From the NCBI GenBank assembly GCA_964270895.1, contig OZ185446.1: a stretch of DNA of 64,000 nt; one strand, 5' to 3'. The notes under the pieces were generated by a model, which saw nothing but the letters and a program-made list of their open reading frames with translations, was not told where the DNA came from and ran no database searches. Positions within the stretch are counted from its first letter, which is position 1. Each line of letters starts with the position of its first letter. A program made the position numbers and the translations under genes. This document shows, in pieces, positions 49,705 to 62,650 of this stretch. Origin of the DNA: Podarcis filfolensis. Lineage: Eukaryota.

Positions 49705-50010
49705 AACCATAGCTCAGCAGTAGAGCTCATGTTTTGTAGACAGAAGCCCAATGGCATCTCAGGTAGGTCCACAAAGAGCATGGAACTGCTTTTTGGAAAG
49801 TTGCTGCCAGTTGATTGGGGTAGCTAAAGTGCTATCATTCAAATGTTGGTGGTCTGCAGTTTTCATCATACCAGAGCTCTGGTCATGGTTGCAGAGGGTG
49901 ATAGGAATTGTAGTCCAGCGATATCCGGAGAGCACAATGTTAGCTAATCCTATTGTACCCAGTAGTAAACTATATGGAGCAATGGTCTGACTCAACATCA
50001 AGCAGCTTCA
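49705..50010 (+). mobile_element. Squam3-like SINE interrupted by a short hAT-type MITE (~49818-49950)
   Basis: Head CCATAGCTCAGCAGTAGAGC, tail ATGGTCTGACTCAACATCAAGCAGCTTC; insert bounded by GGTAGCTAAAGTG / CACAATGTTAGCTA with GGAATTGTAGTCC inside. Confidence 0.65.
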
Positions 50011-50279
50011 TATATTTATATGATTTTGTTATTTATTTGCTATCCAGAATATTCCTGTACTGTATTTTAGTGCATTCCACTATCATGTTCCTATCACTCG
50101 TGTTTATGTGTTTTGATAAGTCTATTGGATAGCTGGAAGGCAGAAAGAGCCTATCCAGTTTTGTCCAGTATAAGAGGCAAATGATAATAATAAATTTATT
50201 TTATTATTTATACCCCACCCATCTGGCTGGGTATAAAGGCTTGATGCTATCACTTGGGCAGGCATGGTTTTTTTATTTG

Positions 50280-51140
50280 AATCATATATTTTAAATATTT
50301 TGATCTTTCTGCAAAATGCTCCTGGTGGCTTGCAGTTAATATAAGAAATACATTAAAACGATGAATACACAAGAGCTGCCAGCAACAAATTATCATGTCC
50401 TTAACCAAAAGCTTGAGAGAAAAAACAGGCATCACTCAATGTCTAAATGATAAAAAGTAGGCACTAGGCAAATATTTATTCAGGGGGGCTCTCCATAGGA
50501 GGGGGTGCCACTACAAAAAAGGCCCTGCCCCAGGTACAACTCAGCCTCTGAAGATAAGAATGCTCAGGGTAGGACTTGAGATCTTAAAGAATGGGCATGT
50601 TCATATAGAAGAGGACATCCTTCAGACATTGATTATAGGTCACTTAGAACTTCATAAGTCAAAGCCTAGGACCTTGAATTGTATCTGGAAACAAATTGGA
50701 AATCCTTTGACATATACTAGATATGGTCATTACATATAGTAAAGGTAAAGGTACCCCTGCCCGTACGGGCCAGTCGTGTCCGACTCTGGGGTTGCGTGCT
50801 CATCTCGCTCTAGAGGCCGTGAGCCGGCGCCATCCGAAGACACTTCCGGGTCACGTGGCCAGCGTGACGAAGCGGCAGCTGGCGAGCCAGCACCAGCGCA
50901 GCACACGGAAACGCCGTTTACCTTCCCGCTATAAAGCGGTCCCTATTTATCTACTTGCACTTAAGAGTGCTTTCGAACTGCTAGGTGGGCAGGAGCTGGG
51001 ACTGAACGACGGGAGCTCACCCCGTCGTGGGGATTCGAACCGCCGACCATACGATCGGCAAGTCCTAGGCACTGAGGTTTTACCCACAGCGCCACCCGCG
51101 TCCCTTTGGGTCATTACATATACATCTGCTATAAAAAAAG
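50280..51140 (-). mobile_element. Degraded L2 LINE hosting the Sauria SINE at 50739-51108
   Basis: GGGGTGCCACTACAAAAAAGGCCCTG…GGACCTTGAATTGTATCTGGAAACAAATTGG resembles antisense L2 3' coding region; a separate short L2 tail lies at ~50187-50235. Confidence 0.55.
50739..51108 (-). mobile_element. Sauria (Squam1) SINE, full length, young
   Basis: 14-bp TSD GGTCATTACATATA (50725-50738 and 51109-51122); nearly identical to the copy at 24733-25097. Confidence 0.95.
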
Positions 51141-51933
51141 TAAAACCAGCATGCCATGTTTGAGCAATGGGTACTATCTTTAATGATATACTCAGTGGTG
51201 GATGCTGTGCTCCACTATAACTCTGCAATAGGGCATGGGACCAGGCTGCTAGTTATTGCCAGCTCTAAAGAATACTTGCCATATTTTACCCCATTTCGGC
51301 AGCTGTCCATTGTGAGGTTTGCACAGTCTAAGTGGAATGGACTGCACGTCTGTTGCCCATTCTGTATGCTTTGCATTTTCCATTCTGTCCATAAAACAGG
51401 CAACGCATGACATCATTGCATGACAAAGAATCAATTACTGTGAAGATCTGGCTTCTCTGAGAATGTCAGTTTTCAGTGTTGAGGCAAGAGCCATTTGCCA
51501 TCTGTCACTGATGCTCATAATCAGTTGATCATATTTGAGTATTGGCACAATGCACAAGATGAAAAACTCCAGGACAGATATATATAAATAACAGTGAAAT
51601 AAACAAAAGCTGAGGAACCCCAGAGTTTTAAAATCATGAGCGTTGCTAGAATTTAGCAAAAAGTGAAGTCATTGTATATAAATATAAAAATCATTATTTC
51701 CTGAAAAGTACATGGATATTTTACATTTGCCTATTTGAAAAACATAGTGAATGTGTTGTGTTACTAATTCCATTTTTACTTTTAATTCTACTGCTGCTTA
51801 ATTAAGTGCCAACAATCTGGTAGACACTTTGCAGGAGCAACAAAGTCCTTTTCTGGCATGCTAAAGCTACAGTCCTGTGTAGTTTTAAGTGGAAATAAGC
51901 CCCACTGAAATGAATAAGACTTCGTTCCAAGTA

Positions 51934-52154
51934 CAGGCAGCCCCCAATTTACATGGGGGTTGCATTCTGGGTCATTGTGTGCTTGCATGAAATCAGAAAC
52001 CCACTGAAAAATCTTGCAAACGCCCCTTTCCACCCTCGTTCTGCCCTTTTAGTGATGTTTCAGTGATGTCTTTATGACGTTTCTGGTCACTTCCAGGTTC
52101 GTTGCTGTGCGCAATCGCACGCATATTTCTCACACCTAAAATGGGAGTTGCCTG
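51934..52154. mobile_element. Tigger-like MITE
   Basis: TIR CAGGCAGCCCCCAATTT / AAAATGGGAGTTGCCTG (imperfect); TA at 51932-51933 and 52155-52156. Confidence 0.7.
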
Positions 52155-55100
52155 TAAACAGCATTGGATTGTTAGCATTCAATCCTACTTATAGGCTTAA
52201 TTGGAAGTGAATTTTACTGAAATCAGTGATACTTAAGTTAATGAGATCAAATTGCTGCCAACCTTCTCCAAGATGAGAGCCTGCAACAAACAGCCTTGCA
52301 TAATTTAACCCACATAGTTGTGGTGATCATATGCTAATTTGAAAATACCTTCCCCTCCTGTCTGCAGGGGGTGCATGGGAAATCTCCACTTATATTCCAT
52401 AGGTTTGTCAAATCAAAATTTCAGAATCAAGCACAGGACATCATTAAGGACCTGTGATAGCTATTTGCAGATTAGTAAGGAGCTATAGGATTCTGAAATC
52501 AAGGATACCATATTATGTAACTCATTTTTTGAGCCTTCACAAAAACCTTTAATGATCAGTCAGGAATAATGCAATTTCCATATGTGAAAAAAATGAAATC
52601 CTTGCACTTACAAAAAAATAGCAATATCCTGGGACAGTTATTGTTTCTTTTCAAATCCATGCAAGCTCTTTTGGAGGCTATTGGGAAGAGACTAAGAAAA
52701 CCCAAGCAAACATCTTTTCCAGTTATGAATTTCATCATCCCCCCCCCCAAAGTATATAAACAGTTAAGTAAAGAATATACTTAACTCTCCTATTGAAATC
52801 AGACAGATGTGGAGGTACTTAACTTGGTGCTCACTCTTTGAAAACCACGTATACAGAACAGAGATTCTCCACTTCATTTCTTCCTATGTTTGCACACATT
52901 TACACAACTTTTCCCTCTCTCTTCGTCACTATTTCTGATAACCAGCGTGCCAGTCCAGTTTCTGGTTCGTCGGGTTTCAAATCAGTATACATAGAACTGC
53001 CTTTATTTTGAGAGTTTTCCCCATTTTTAAAATAAACTCAAACAAAGTACACATTATGGGAAAGTTAGAGCATTGCTGCCAGCAAACAGAAAACTACGAA
53101 TGAAGACATGAGTGAAATAACAGAGATGCACTGTTTGGGTGCTTAATCCTTTAGATACTTACCTGATAAGATTATTTTCACTTCAGTAAAGCAGATCTGA
53201 TATTACAGAATCTAAGAGATATCCACACATTTGGGCAGGGGGAGCATATAGTATAGCCCTCCTGGGATTGCATTACTCCAGAAGGCAGGAAGGTCAGAGG
53301 CTAAATATTTGAATGCTTCCCCTATATATTTAAACTCCGTACCAGAGCCATCCAAAGGGTTTTTTTGCTCCCTATGTCAAAGGACAAGATAGTATCCCTC
53401 CCCAATTCCACATGCAACCAGACATCCAGAAGGCAACCAGACTGGCTGTCAACTCTGACATTAACACTGGCAACACTGTCAATAGGATAATATTCATACT
53501 GCCTCTGAGGGCCGCGGGCCAATTTAGGGAAACCACACAGCTCTGCACACCTTACTGCCACTTCCTGTCCCAACATCTGTCATCTGAGATAGCTTCTTCA
53601 TTCTGCCTAATGATAGGGCCAGCTCTCCAGACTACACACACAGTCTTTCTTGTCATAATACTATTACATTGCAGGGAGTTGGACTAGATGACTCTGATTC
53701 TATGAATATTTCAGGGGCAGGGATTTTTAATCAAACATGCACTTGTCACATCTACCCTCTAAAGTGCTGTACTCTCAGGGCCGTAGAATCAAATGATTTT
53801 TCTGGAGGTACAGATCTGCTGTTAGGGGTTTTTGGGGGGCGGGGTTAGTGACAATGGATCAAGATCATTGTGATTTAAAATAAACTCTGGTTTGTTAAGC
53901 ATGCCAGCTTCATAACCCATGATTTGAAGTTGTCTTGTTTTGCAACTAAACGGAGTTTATTGTAAGCTGTGATTCCTGATTTATACATGACGAAAGTGAA
54001 ACTGAATATTGTGGAAGGAAGAGGCTTTGCTCAGTCTCATACAGGCTTCTGCGCGTAATGCTAAATCGTTGTTTAGCGTTAAAGGCATCTCCCTACTTAC
54101 ACAGACATTACTGTACATTCCCAGACTCCGTGCATATATGGGAAATCACATAAAGTGGGAAGGGCACTGTTGAGAGAGGCTGGGAAGCGTACCTCTCTCA
54201 GCAGATCCCACCCAACCCACTTGCATTCCCGGGTGGTGATGTGCCCTTGCACATGTGCACCCACCTGCCCTGCCTGCCTCCAGTGATCGGAAAGTTGAAT
54301 GGTGGGTCAGTGGCTCCCAATGCCCATCACCACTGTGCAGCCTCTTGGTGCTCTCCCTGTTAGTCTTGGAAGTTTATGGAGACAGCTCCCTTTATCCCCA
54401 AGAAATAACGTGGCTGCATGCTTGTGGGGTGGCAAGGAAGAGGAACAAAACGGCCGCAAGCAAGGGAAGAATGGGCAGGTGGGTGGTCAGAGGCATGGAG
54501 TCCCCCCTCCATACTGGCAGGAAGAAAAAAGCCAAGGAGGGTGAGTGAGTGAGTGAGTGGGGGTGGAAAGACACTTGGAGCGACCACGCAAACTGTTTCC
54601 CTCCAGTTCTCTCCTGTTCTTTTCGTGGCTCTCTTGGCACCATTTCCTGGTTCCAAAAAATTATGCATTTGGCAGCAACACACGTACATGCTGTTGCACA
54701 CAAGTGGAATGCACACAAGTGGAGTGTTTGTGTGCCTGTGTGTGCAATCCAGGCCAACATGTATTGAACTGAGATTTTAATTTAGCCAAATGGCATGTCA
54801 ATCTTGCCTTAGTTAAATTGCATCAGAAATCCAGTGCCCCCACTGTAATACTGAAGTAGCACAAAAATGCTAAGCTTTGTTAGCACTGTACCCCCCACAA
54901 AAAAAGGTAGTGGATTGGTGTTAAATGGACATTTTGCTGGTATACAGGTAGATATGCTCGCATAAATGCATAGAATCAAGAATATTGTTAATATGTTCCA
55001 AGTATTTTATTTCACTTACTCCCGAAAAATTGCTCTTATTCCTTTTCACATGAAATGTGCCCTAGATTTACATTTTGACTAGCACTGAATGCCATTTTGA

Positions 55101-56779
55101 CCAACATAGCTGATGCTATATGTAATCCATCTCAGCATACTTGGTGCAATAAATTCGGCAGACAAAATACATACCATTTGTTTTGCAGTAGGACAGTTCT
55201 GCTGTGCAGCTGCAATTTAGAAATCTCAAAAGGCTTCAGAATGTTATGTTACAGCCATTAATGGAGATTCCAAGGAGTTTTCCATCCATTTTTATTGCAG
55301 GAGGGAGGTGGGGGGATGGAAGTGGGGGTCAGAGAGCTGTTGGAATGAGAGGGTGTGTGGGCTGAAGTATGAATCCACATAAAATATTATTTCGTTTGAA
55401 ATTAACCCAAGACATCCCTGTTTGGATAAGCAAAGAATATATTGTGTTGTGTGTGTAAGAGAGAGATGGAGATCTATTCTAATAGCACTCCTCCCTCTGT
55501 GATACAAAGGAAATAGCTGCCGCCCAAGCCTGGACTCCACAGTTCAATAGAAAACATTCCAAAAGAATGCATAGGATGTTATAAATATAAAAAGGAGTTT
55601 AATGAAAGAGCATACAGATGTCTTTCATGTATTTTAAATTGGAAAGACTAATTCTGAAACTATAAGAAAAACAACAGTGAGCTATGAGCCATATGCTTCA
55701 GATTACTGAAGTATGACTTACACAGGCCTGTCATTCAATGAGAAGCAACACAGACTAAAACAGGAGATGTTGAAAGAAAAAAAAAAAAAGACTTGTGGGA
55801 AGTCAAACCATCTCTAAATATGTGTTTTATTATCTTCGGGTGTTCTTTGCTGAGTTACCACCATGATTAAAACCAATGCCCTGGCACCAGAAGGATGGGA
55901 TTCCTTTAAGTTCCTCTTCCTTCCCCACATATCAAGGAAGGTACATAGCAGACTTGACTGCGTAGTGGTGCAGTTTCAGCAAAAGAGGAGCAGCAGATAG
56001 AGAGGCGGCTTTGCAGCCAGCAATGCCACATCCACATTTGAACTCATACTTTTGCAAGGGTGTTAAAGATTGATTTGATACCAAGATTCTGCAAGGTGCT
56101 GTGCAAGGAATAGAAATCACATAGTTGTGGCCAAGGGGGCTTTCCGTCAGCACTGAAGGGAAGATATTTTCAAGGAAGATCGGAATGGACAATGAGGAAC
56201 AAGGGCAAGAACATCAAAAGGCAGTGCAAAAACAGTAAGACCCAGTTCATATATTACCATCTGAGGCATGGCTGCCCTGGTAACAGTGGAGCCTTCTCTG
56301 CACAGGTCTTCCATGGTGTAGGGCTAATGTGAAAACAAGGTAGCAGGGCTGTAGTGTGAAAAGAGCTAGTGGAAGTGGGTCATGGTGATAGGGCTAGACA
56401 CATGAATAATCCCCACACCAGTTTTGTTGGCCTGCAGGGGGATGGCCCCTGTCCACATGACACACTTGATACATTACTAAGATGGTATAGGTGGAGTCAC
56501 ACTGCTTTGGCTCTCTACCAGTGATGTAAGGATATGAATTGGGTCATAGGCTATAGTTGATCAGGGAAATCTAAAGCACAACATTATTTGAGAATCTTCT
56601 GAACCTTGCAACTCAGTTAAAGGTGGATGTTCCTTCTCCCCTCCGTTTTTTACACACATCCAGCATTCCATGACCACGAAGCATGATCAGTCTCCATTGG
56701 CCTCTTTTGGGTTTCTTTTCTTTTTAAAAAAAAGGATTTGTTGTACTTCTGCAAAACTTGGGGTTCTTGCAAACCTGCA

Positions 56780-57050
56780 CTGGGTTACCCCAACCACTCT
56801 GGGCAGCTTCCAACAAATTAAAACCTCAAACACAACAAAGCATCAAACATTAAAAACTCCCCTATGTCAGATGTCTTCTAAAAGTCAGATAGTTGTTTAT
56901 TTCCTTAACATCTGACAGAAGCACGTTCCACAGGGCAGGCGCAACTACAGAGAAGGCCCTCTGCCTGGTTCCCTGTACCCTCACTTTTCACAATGAAGAA
57001 ACCGCCAGAAAGCCCTCAGAGCTAGATCTCAGTGTCTGGTCATAGGTGGT
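56780..57050 (-). mobile_element. L2 LINE 3' fragment
   Basis: GGGTTACCCCAACCACTCTGGGCAGCTTCCAACA…CACAGGGCAGGCGCAACTACAGAGAAGGCCCTCTGCCTGGTTCCC; same family tail as 44190-44305. Confidence 0.7.
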
Positions 57051-58274
57051 GCCATTTTGGTTACATAAGTATCAGCACTCAGTACCTAACAATTGGAAAG
57101 AAAGAGAATACTGTAATGATTTACATGCGAGATGCCCCAGGTTCAAGCTCAGCATCTCCATTAAAAAAACCCTCAAGGCATAGGACTGGAAAGGAGCTCA
57201 GGCCAGTTGATCTAGAGGTCCCAAAGTTTGGATGCACAAATGTTCCAAACTTGACCTGTTAACATGTAATCCTCCATCTCCACCTGAGTCTCATAAGGCA
57301 GGTGGAGAGCAACTTGCTGCATGCCATCTTCTCAAATTTGTTAATCATCCAGGGTGGACTTGCACATCTTCCAGTTTATCTTGCAGCCTGAGAAAGCTTC
57401 AGGGAGCACAATGCCCTGAGAATTCCCTTGGGAAAGGCTAGTCCCGAGTAGCTTAGTTATGCAGACAACCAGCTCCAAACCAGACATGTTATTGGATATA
57501 GTCCTCAACACACATATATAGTGCAGAATATTAGCCTGGAGGAAGATGGTTTGGCTGGGCTGATTTTCAAAGCTCTGAAACTGCTGTGCAAGGCACTTTT
57601 GCATTAATCCACAATGGCCAGTGCAGCTCTATTCATGTGTAAGTTCTGGTTCCAAAGTTCTCAAATCTGTTGGTATGAGCTTACAAGGCAACAGAGGAGA
57701 TCAGGGGCAAAGGGCAGGACCAACAAGGCTAGACTCAGACCTCTCCCATCTCCAAAACCAGCCCACTCATATTGTCGCATTCACAGTGGGCTGGGTGATT
57801 ACTACAGCTGTGTTGTAGTAATCCCTTCCAAAGCACACAAAGCAGTAAATTACATTTTTGGATTATGATCCAAAGTTCTCCAGGCGAAGCAGTGCCAATT
57901 TTGGCCTGCAGTGGTGAATTGCATGGGTTTTGCAAACTGGCCTCATTTTTTTCTGTACAATCATGGAACTTTTACTGATTTGATGTTCACAGGCCATAAT
58001 GTACCTCTAGAAGAGCAAAAACGTCCTGTTGGCTGCAGTAAACCAAAACTGCAAAGGGTAGCATACTTCCCGGGAAGGTTGTAACAAAAGCAAACCCAGT
58101 CTCTTTCTGGAGCATCCAAAAAATATCTGAATAGTCAGAAAGAAATTGTTAGTTCATGAGAACAGGTGGCAATTGTATTTTGAGTATTTCATCATTTTCA
58201 TCATTGGCTAACCTGCTTTCCTATCATGTGTTTCTTTACTTGTGGTCTACTTGTGCTTCTACTTTTAAGTTAAT

Positions 58275-58420
58275 GGAAAGACTGTCGGTCAGTAGTAGAG
58301 CATCTGCTTTGCATGCAAAAGTTTCCAGGTTCAACCTCTGGCTGGGGAAGTCTCCTGCATGAAATCCTGGAGCACCACTGCCAGTTATTGTAGGCAGTAC
58401 TGAGCCAAGTGGACAGTGAA
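58275..58420 (+). mobile_element. Squam3-like tRNA-derived SINE
   Basis: GTCAGTAGTAGAGCATCTGCTTTGCATGCAAAAGTTTCCAGGTTCAACC head and CTGCCAG…GGCAGTACTGAGC body. Confidence 0.75.
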
Positions 58421-58421
58421 T

Positions 58422-59510
58422 ATAATAACCCTGCTGGGTCAGACCCAGCATCACTGCCTCCGATGCAGAGGCAGAGGCAGAGCACAGCCATCACGGCTAG
58501 TAGATGTTGATAGCCTTATCCTCCACAAATTTGTCCAAAGCCATCCAAGTTGGTAGCCATGACTGCTTCCTGTGGGAACGAGTTCCTCCGTTAGCTGAGC
58601 ACTGCCTGAATACTGTATTTTTCACTCCATAAGATGCACCTGACCATAAGGCGCACCTAGTTTTTAGAGGGGGAATGCAAGGAAAAAAATATTATTTAAA
58701 GGGAGCGCTGAGCAGAGCCTGTATCCCAGGCTTTGCTCAGCGCTCCCTTTCATGAGCCGTGTGGAGCGTGTGTGCGGCGCTTGCAGGCTTTTCCCCGAGG
58801 AGGGAGAAGGGCAGTCCGTCACTCAGGGAAAAGCCCCCAAGAGCCGCACACACACTCCATGCGGCTCTTTAAAGGGAGCGCGGCTCTTGGGGGCTTCTGT
58901 GGGAGGTGGGGGAAGTGACAGAGCTCTGTCATTTCCCCCACCTCCCGCAATAGCCGCGCTCCCTTTAAAGGGAGCGCGGCTATCCCTGGCTCCCTGGATG
59001 AAGGCACCCCGCTGCCCTGTGGAGGCTTTGTGCAGCTAAGTCAGAAGCCAGAAAAGTGAGAGGGATCGCTGTGCAGCTGTTCTGTCTTCTGGCTTAGCCG
59101 CGCAGCCTGCATTTGCTCCATAAGACGCACACACATTTCCCCTTACTTTTTTGGGGGGGGTGCGTCTTATAGAGCGAAAAATGCGGTAAGTGCTTCTTTT
59201 GTCTGTCCTGACTCTTCCAACTTCCAGATTCTTTGGGTGCCCAGGAGTTCTAGTCATATTGCCTCTTCCTCGCCTTTTCTCTAAAGTGAAAAGCCTCAAA
59301 TGCAGAAACCTTTCCAAATAGGGAGGTTTCTCCATCCCCTTGATCATTTTGCGTACCTTTTTTATTTTCAGTTCTTGCATAGTGATTCCTAGCATGGAAT
59401 TTGCTTTTTTTACTGCTGCTGCACAATGTGTCGGCATCTTCATTGAGCTATCCACTACAACCCAAGGTCTTGGTCCTGGCCAGTCACTGCCAATTCGGAC
59501 CCCATGAGCA
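58422..59510 (-). mobile_element. CR1 LINE fragment (RT C-terminus plus 3' UTR) with internal deletions, split by a MITE
   Basis: ORF 59036-59515(-) contains VDSSMKMPTHCAAAVKKANSMLGI and MIKGMEKPPYLERF..LFTLEKRR; antisense CR1 UTR at 58422-58610 rejoins 59189 onward. Confidence 0.85.
58613..59186. mobile_element. Tc1/Mariner-superfamily MITE (574 bp) with dense internal palindromes
   Basis: TIR CTGTATTTTTCACTCCATAAGATGCAC / GTGCGTCTTATAGAGCGAAAAATGCGG; TA TSD at 58611-58612 and 59187-59188. Confidence 0.9.
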
Positions 59511-61145
59511 AGCAAGCGACCATTTCACGTGGGGACTCTGTTCCCGGCCCCCGCAGAGTGAGTATAAGCGTGCCCTGTTTCATCCCCATTCTGTCTTCTT
59601 CCAGATCCAAAAGGACCCATGAATCGGTGATCACATGCGAATTGGACTTACCTAAATGGTCACCACCTATACGTGAAATAAAGTTTTTTTGCCCCTTCAT
59701 GCATCAGTTTATACTTGTTCGCATTTTCCTTCTTCAGAGCTAGCAAAGGGCATTTTTATTTTTGTTTTAAAGGAAGAGAGATAAAATTATTCAGGATGGT
59801 GAATTTTACCACTTGCGCTTAGGCAGTACAATTGCGAAAGCACAGGTCCACATAGTCCCTGAATATGAGCTGTGGCGAGGTTTGTCAGCGCAGACACAGC
59901 TTGAGAAAAACTTGAAGCCACAAGCCTGCAATCAAAATTAAGTAAGTGGACCCTCATGCAACAAACCGGAGGCCTTAAATTTTATGGGTCCTCCCCACAC
60001 ACGAAACTGATGAAGGTGACCCTGATGAGCTATTTAGTGAAGTCATTCTGCATTGTGAACAGCAAACCAAGAGCATTTCTCCAGCAAGAACAAGAAAGAC
60101 CCACCTCACAGTGATTGATGAGAATGTTATAAAAGTGCAATGAGCTGGAAAGTCATCATCTTGTCTTTTCCTTTTGCCACCAGAACGGCATAGCAGAGAG
60201 ATCTCTTTTCTTCTGGTTCTGCATAAGGAGAGGTTACATGGCATGGAAATGTGTTACACCCAGCTGCTCACTAGTTTGCAGGGCACACAGTAAATAATAC
60301 TGTTTAGTATATCTAAGGCACAAAAGAGAACAGCACTCTTTTGATGGTGATTCCTAGCCTCTTTCATTTGCTTTCCAGTTTGCTTCCAATTCATTGAGTG
60401 GCATTTTGCAACAGTGCATACTTTAGTGTGGTGGGTTCTCTGATTGGTGAGTTGTTGTTGGGGTCCCCCCCCTTTAATTGGCATGAGTAAATGAAAGGTT
60501 ACTTAGGCCCTGGTGTAGCAGAGGCACTTCAGTTTGTTTAAAGTTGTTTGCTGAACTGAGCAATATCTGAATTAACCCTCTGAATTCATTCTGCGTGAGC
60601 TTCATTCATAGTGGGAGAAAGCCCCAATTGCTTACCACCATCAAGATTTCTTTGGCACAATGGTATTTTATTTTGAAAATAATATATTGTTTGGAAACCT
60701 GCTTTTTTCATCTTTTAAGGTTTCATTCTGTTGATCAGTTCCTAGGGCAAGCTCAATTTATTTTGCGCTTTTTTCTTCTGAATTTGAAAGTTGTGTTGAA
60801 AGTTGGTGCAGTATACTGACCTTAACACTTATTCTACATCTGGAAATGTATTATTTATTTAATACATTTAATACATTTCTATACCGCCCTTCATCTGAGG
60901 ATCACAGGGCAGTTTATATTTGCCCCAACTTCCTCCTCGCTCAAAAAAAACCTTGCTAGTTGGATTCCTGTTCCTCTTACCAAGCTTACCCTTGACAAAT
61001 TTACCCTCTATATTTCTTGGGGAGGTCCCACAGTTCAGTGGGGCAGCATGCAGAAGGTCCCATGTGCATTCCTAGTTAGACTGGCAGAACTGTGAAAAAT
61101 CTTTTAGATTTTTGATACAGTGAATATATCAACGTCATATAAAGT

Positions 61146-61325
61146 CAACTGCCTTATACCAAGCCAGACCTTTGGTCCAGTTAGCTCAGTATTGTCAACT
61201 CTACACTGACTGGCAGTGGCTCTTCTGGGTTTAAGACAGGTATGTTTAAGCCCTACCTAGAGATGCCGGATATTGAGCCTAGAACCTTCTCCATGAAAAG
61301 CAAGTGTTCTCCACTGAGCTCCACA
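61146..61325 (-). mobile_element. Squam3-like tRNA-derived SINE
   Basis: CAACTGCCTTATACC…GCTCAGTATTGTC…CTGACTGGCAGTGGCTC…GAGATGCCGGATATTGAGCC…CTCCACTGAGCT. Confidence 0.8.
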
Positions 61326-62650
61326 AAGTATTCCAGTGTGGCAGACTCCCTCTTCCCCTCTATGATGTTTCTTCCCCCATACTTTCCAAGGAGTTGATCC
61401 ACAGAAATAATTAGCTTTGCTCCTGCTTTCTGGCCCACCTGTTTTCCTCTCATAATGGGATGGGCAGAGGAAGAACAGAGAACTCTTCCTCTGGTCCATA
61501 CATCGGGAGAAATGTATGGTGCCAGGGAGCAAAAAGTTAGCAGAACGCATTTGTGGACAAAGGTTCATCTTCGCCCCTCCATCATGTGGCTTTAGCATGG
61601 ACTCATGGGAAGTAGGTGTGGTTTTGTAGAAACAGTGGTTACTTAACTTCTCCCAGTCAACTCTATATTACTTTATTCAGGGACAGTGAAGAACAAGCTG
61701 TTTTATTGCATGACCTTTCTCAGTTTCCCAGGAACCTAATCCCTGAAAAAAATAAGTTCAGCCCAAGCCCAAGGGACCACCTCCCACCATTATGGCCACA
61801 AATGTGTACTTACCTATAACAACCTATCTTGAATGTAACTGTCATAATAGTAGGGCAGCCCTAAGCAGATTCTTCTAGGTCTTAGATTGCAGAGTTTGAG
61901 AACCTCTGGTCTGAGCAAGTTAGACTTCACAGAAAGGTGTTCCATATAAGCAGGTTGTAAGGTTTGCACATGGGTAAGTACACTGCAACTATGATCAGTC
62001 CCCAAGTCTATTTTCATAATTCAAATGCCTCGTTGAATTTCTGCCGGAGTTGTCTTACGAAAATTGTGTCACCCTAGTCAACCTTAATATGCAGAGTAAG
62101 GAGGTGGTGAAACATTCAGATGCTCTTATTTGAGTAAACTTGATCTCCTGATCTGAAGCTGCTTGCAAATGTTTTTTTCCCTCCCTCCTTGGTGCATTGT
62201 TTCAGCTTCCTAATCACTGACCAGCTGTCTTGTTAGTGAATAGAGCTGTGGGCCCCTTGCCATGTTTCATGTGAGGTCTTGGCTGGGTGGCCAAGGAGGC
62301 AGCCTGCAGCCACTGTCAAAGCAATTCAAGAGGTATTGGCACAGCAGTGCCACCATTAATTTCTGCTTGTCACATGCTGTCATGCAAGTTACACCAGAGA
62401 GGAAATGACCGTTGAAAAAAGTGTGCTTGTGGCACTTTGTCCCCTCTAGACATTATCCCTGAGGTTAAACAAGTGGATACAATTAGCTGCTGTCCACAAA
62501 CAGCTGTTAGGAAAGAGAAACCCAGATCTGGGCCCCATAGCCATGTGTCTTTCCTGTTGGTGAGGAGAGTCTGCTATCAACATCTGCCATACTTTAACCC
62601 TTCATTGAGGTGTTAATTTCGGCTGTATAGAGCCAAATCGATGACTGACG

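Noticed and set aside
50723-51163. 146-aa ORF (and similar ORFs at 9827-10351 and 24874-25119)
   Set aside because: These lie within Sauria SINE copies and repeat the same peptide; non-coding element.
59510-59700. 81-aa minus-strand ORF 59455-59700 as an extension of the CR1 RT
   Set aside because: CR1 similarity stops near 59510 (LMGSELAVT); the upstream part has no recognisable motif.
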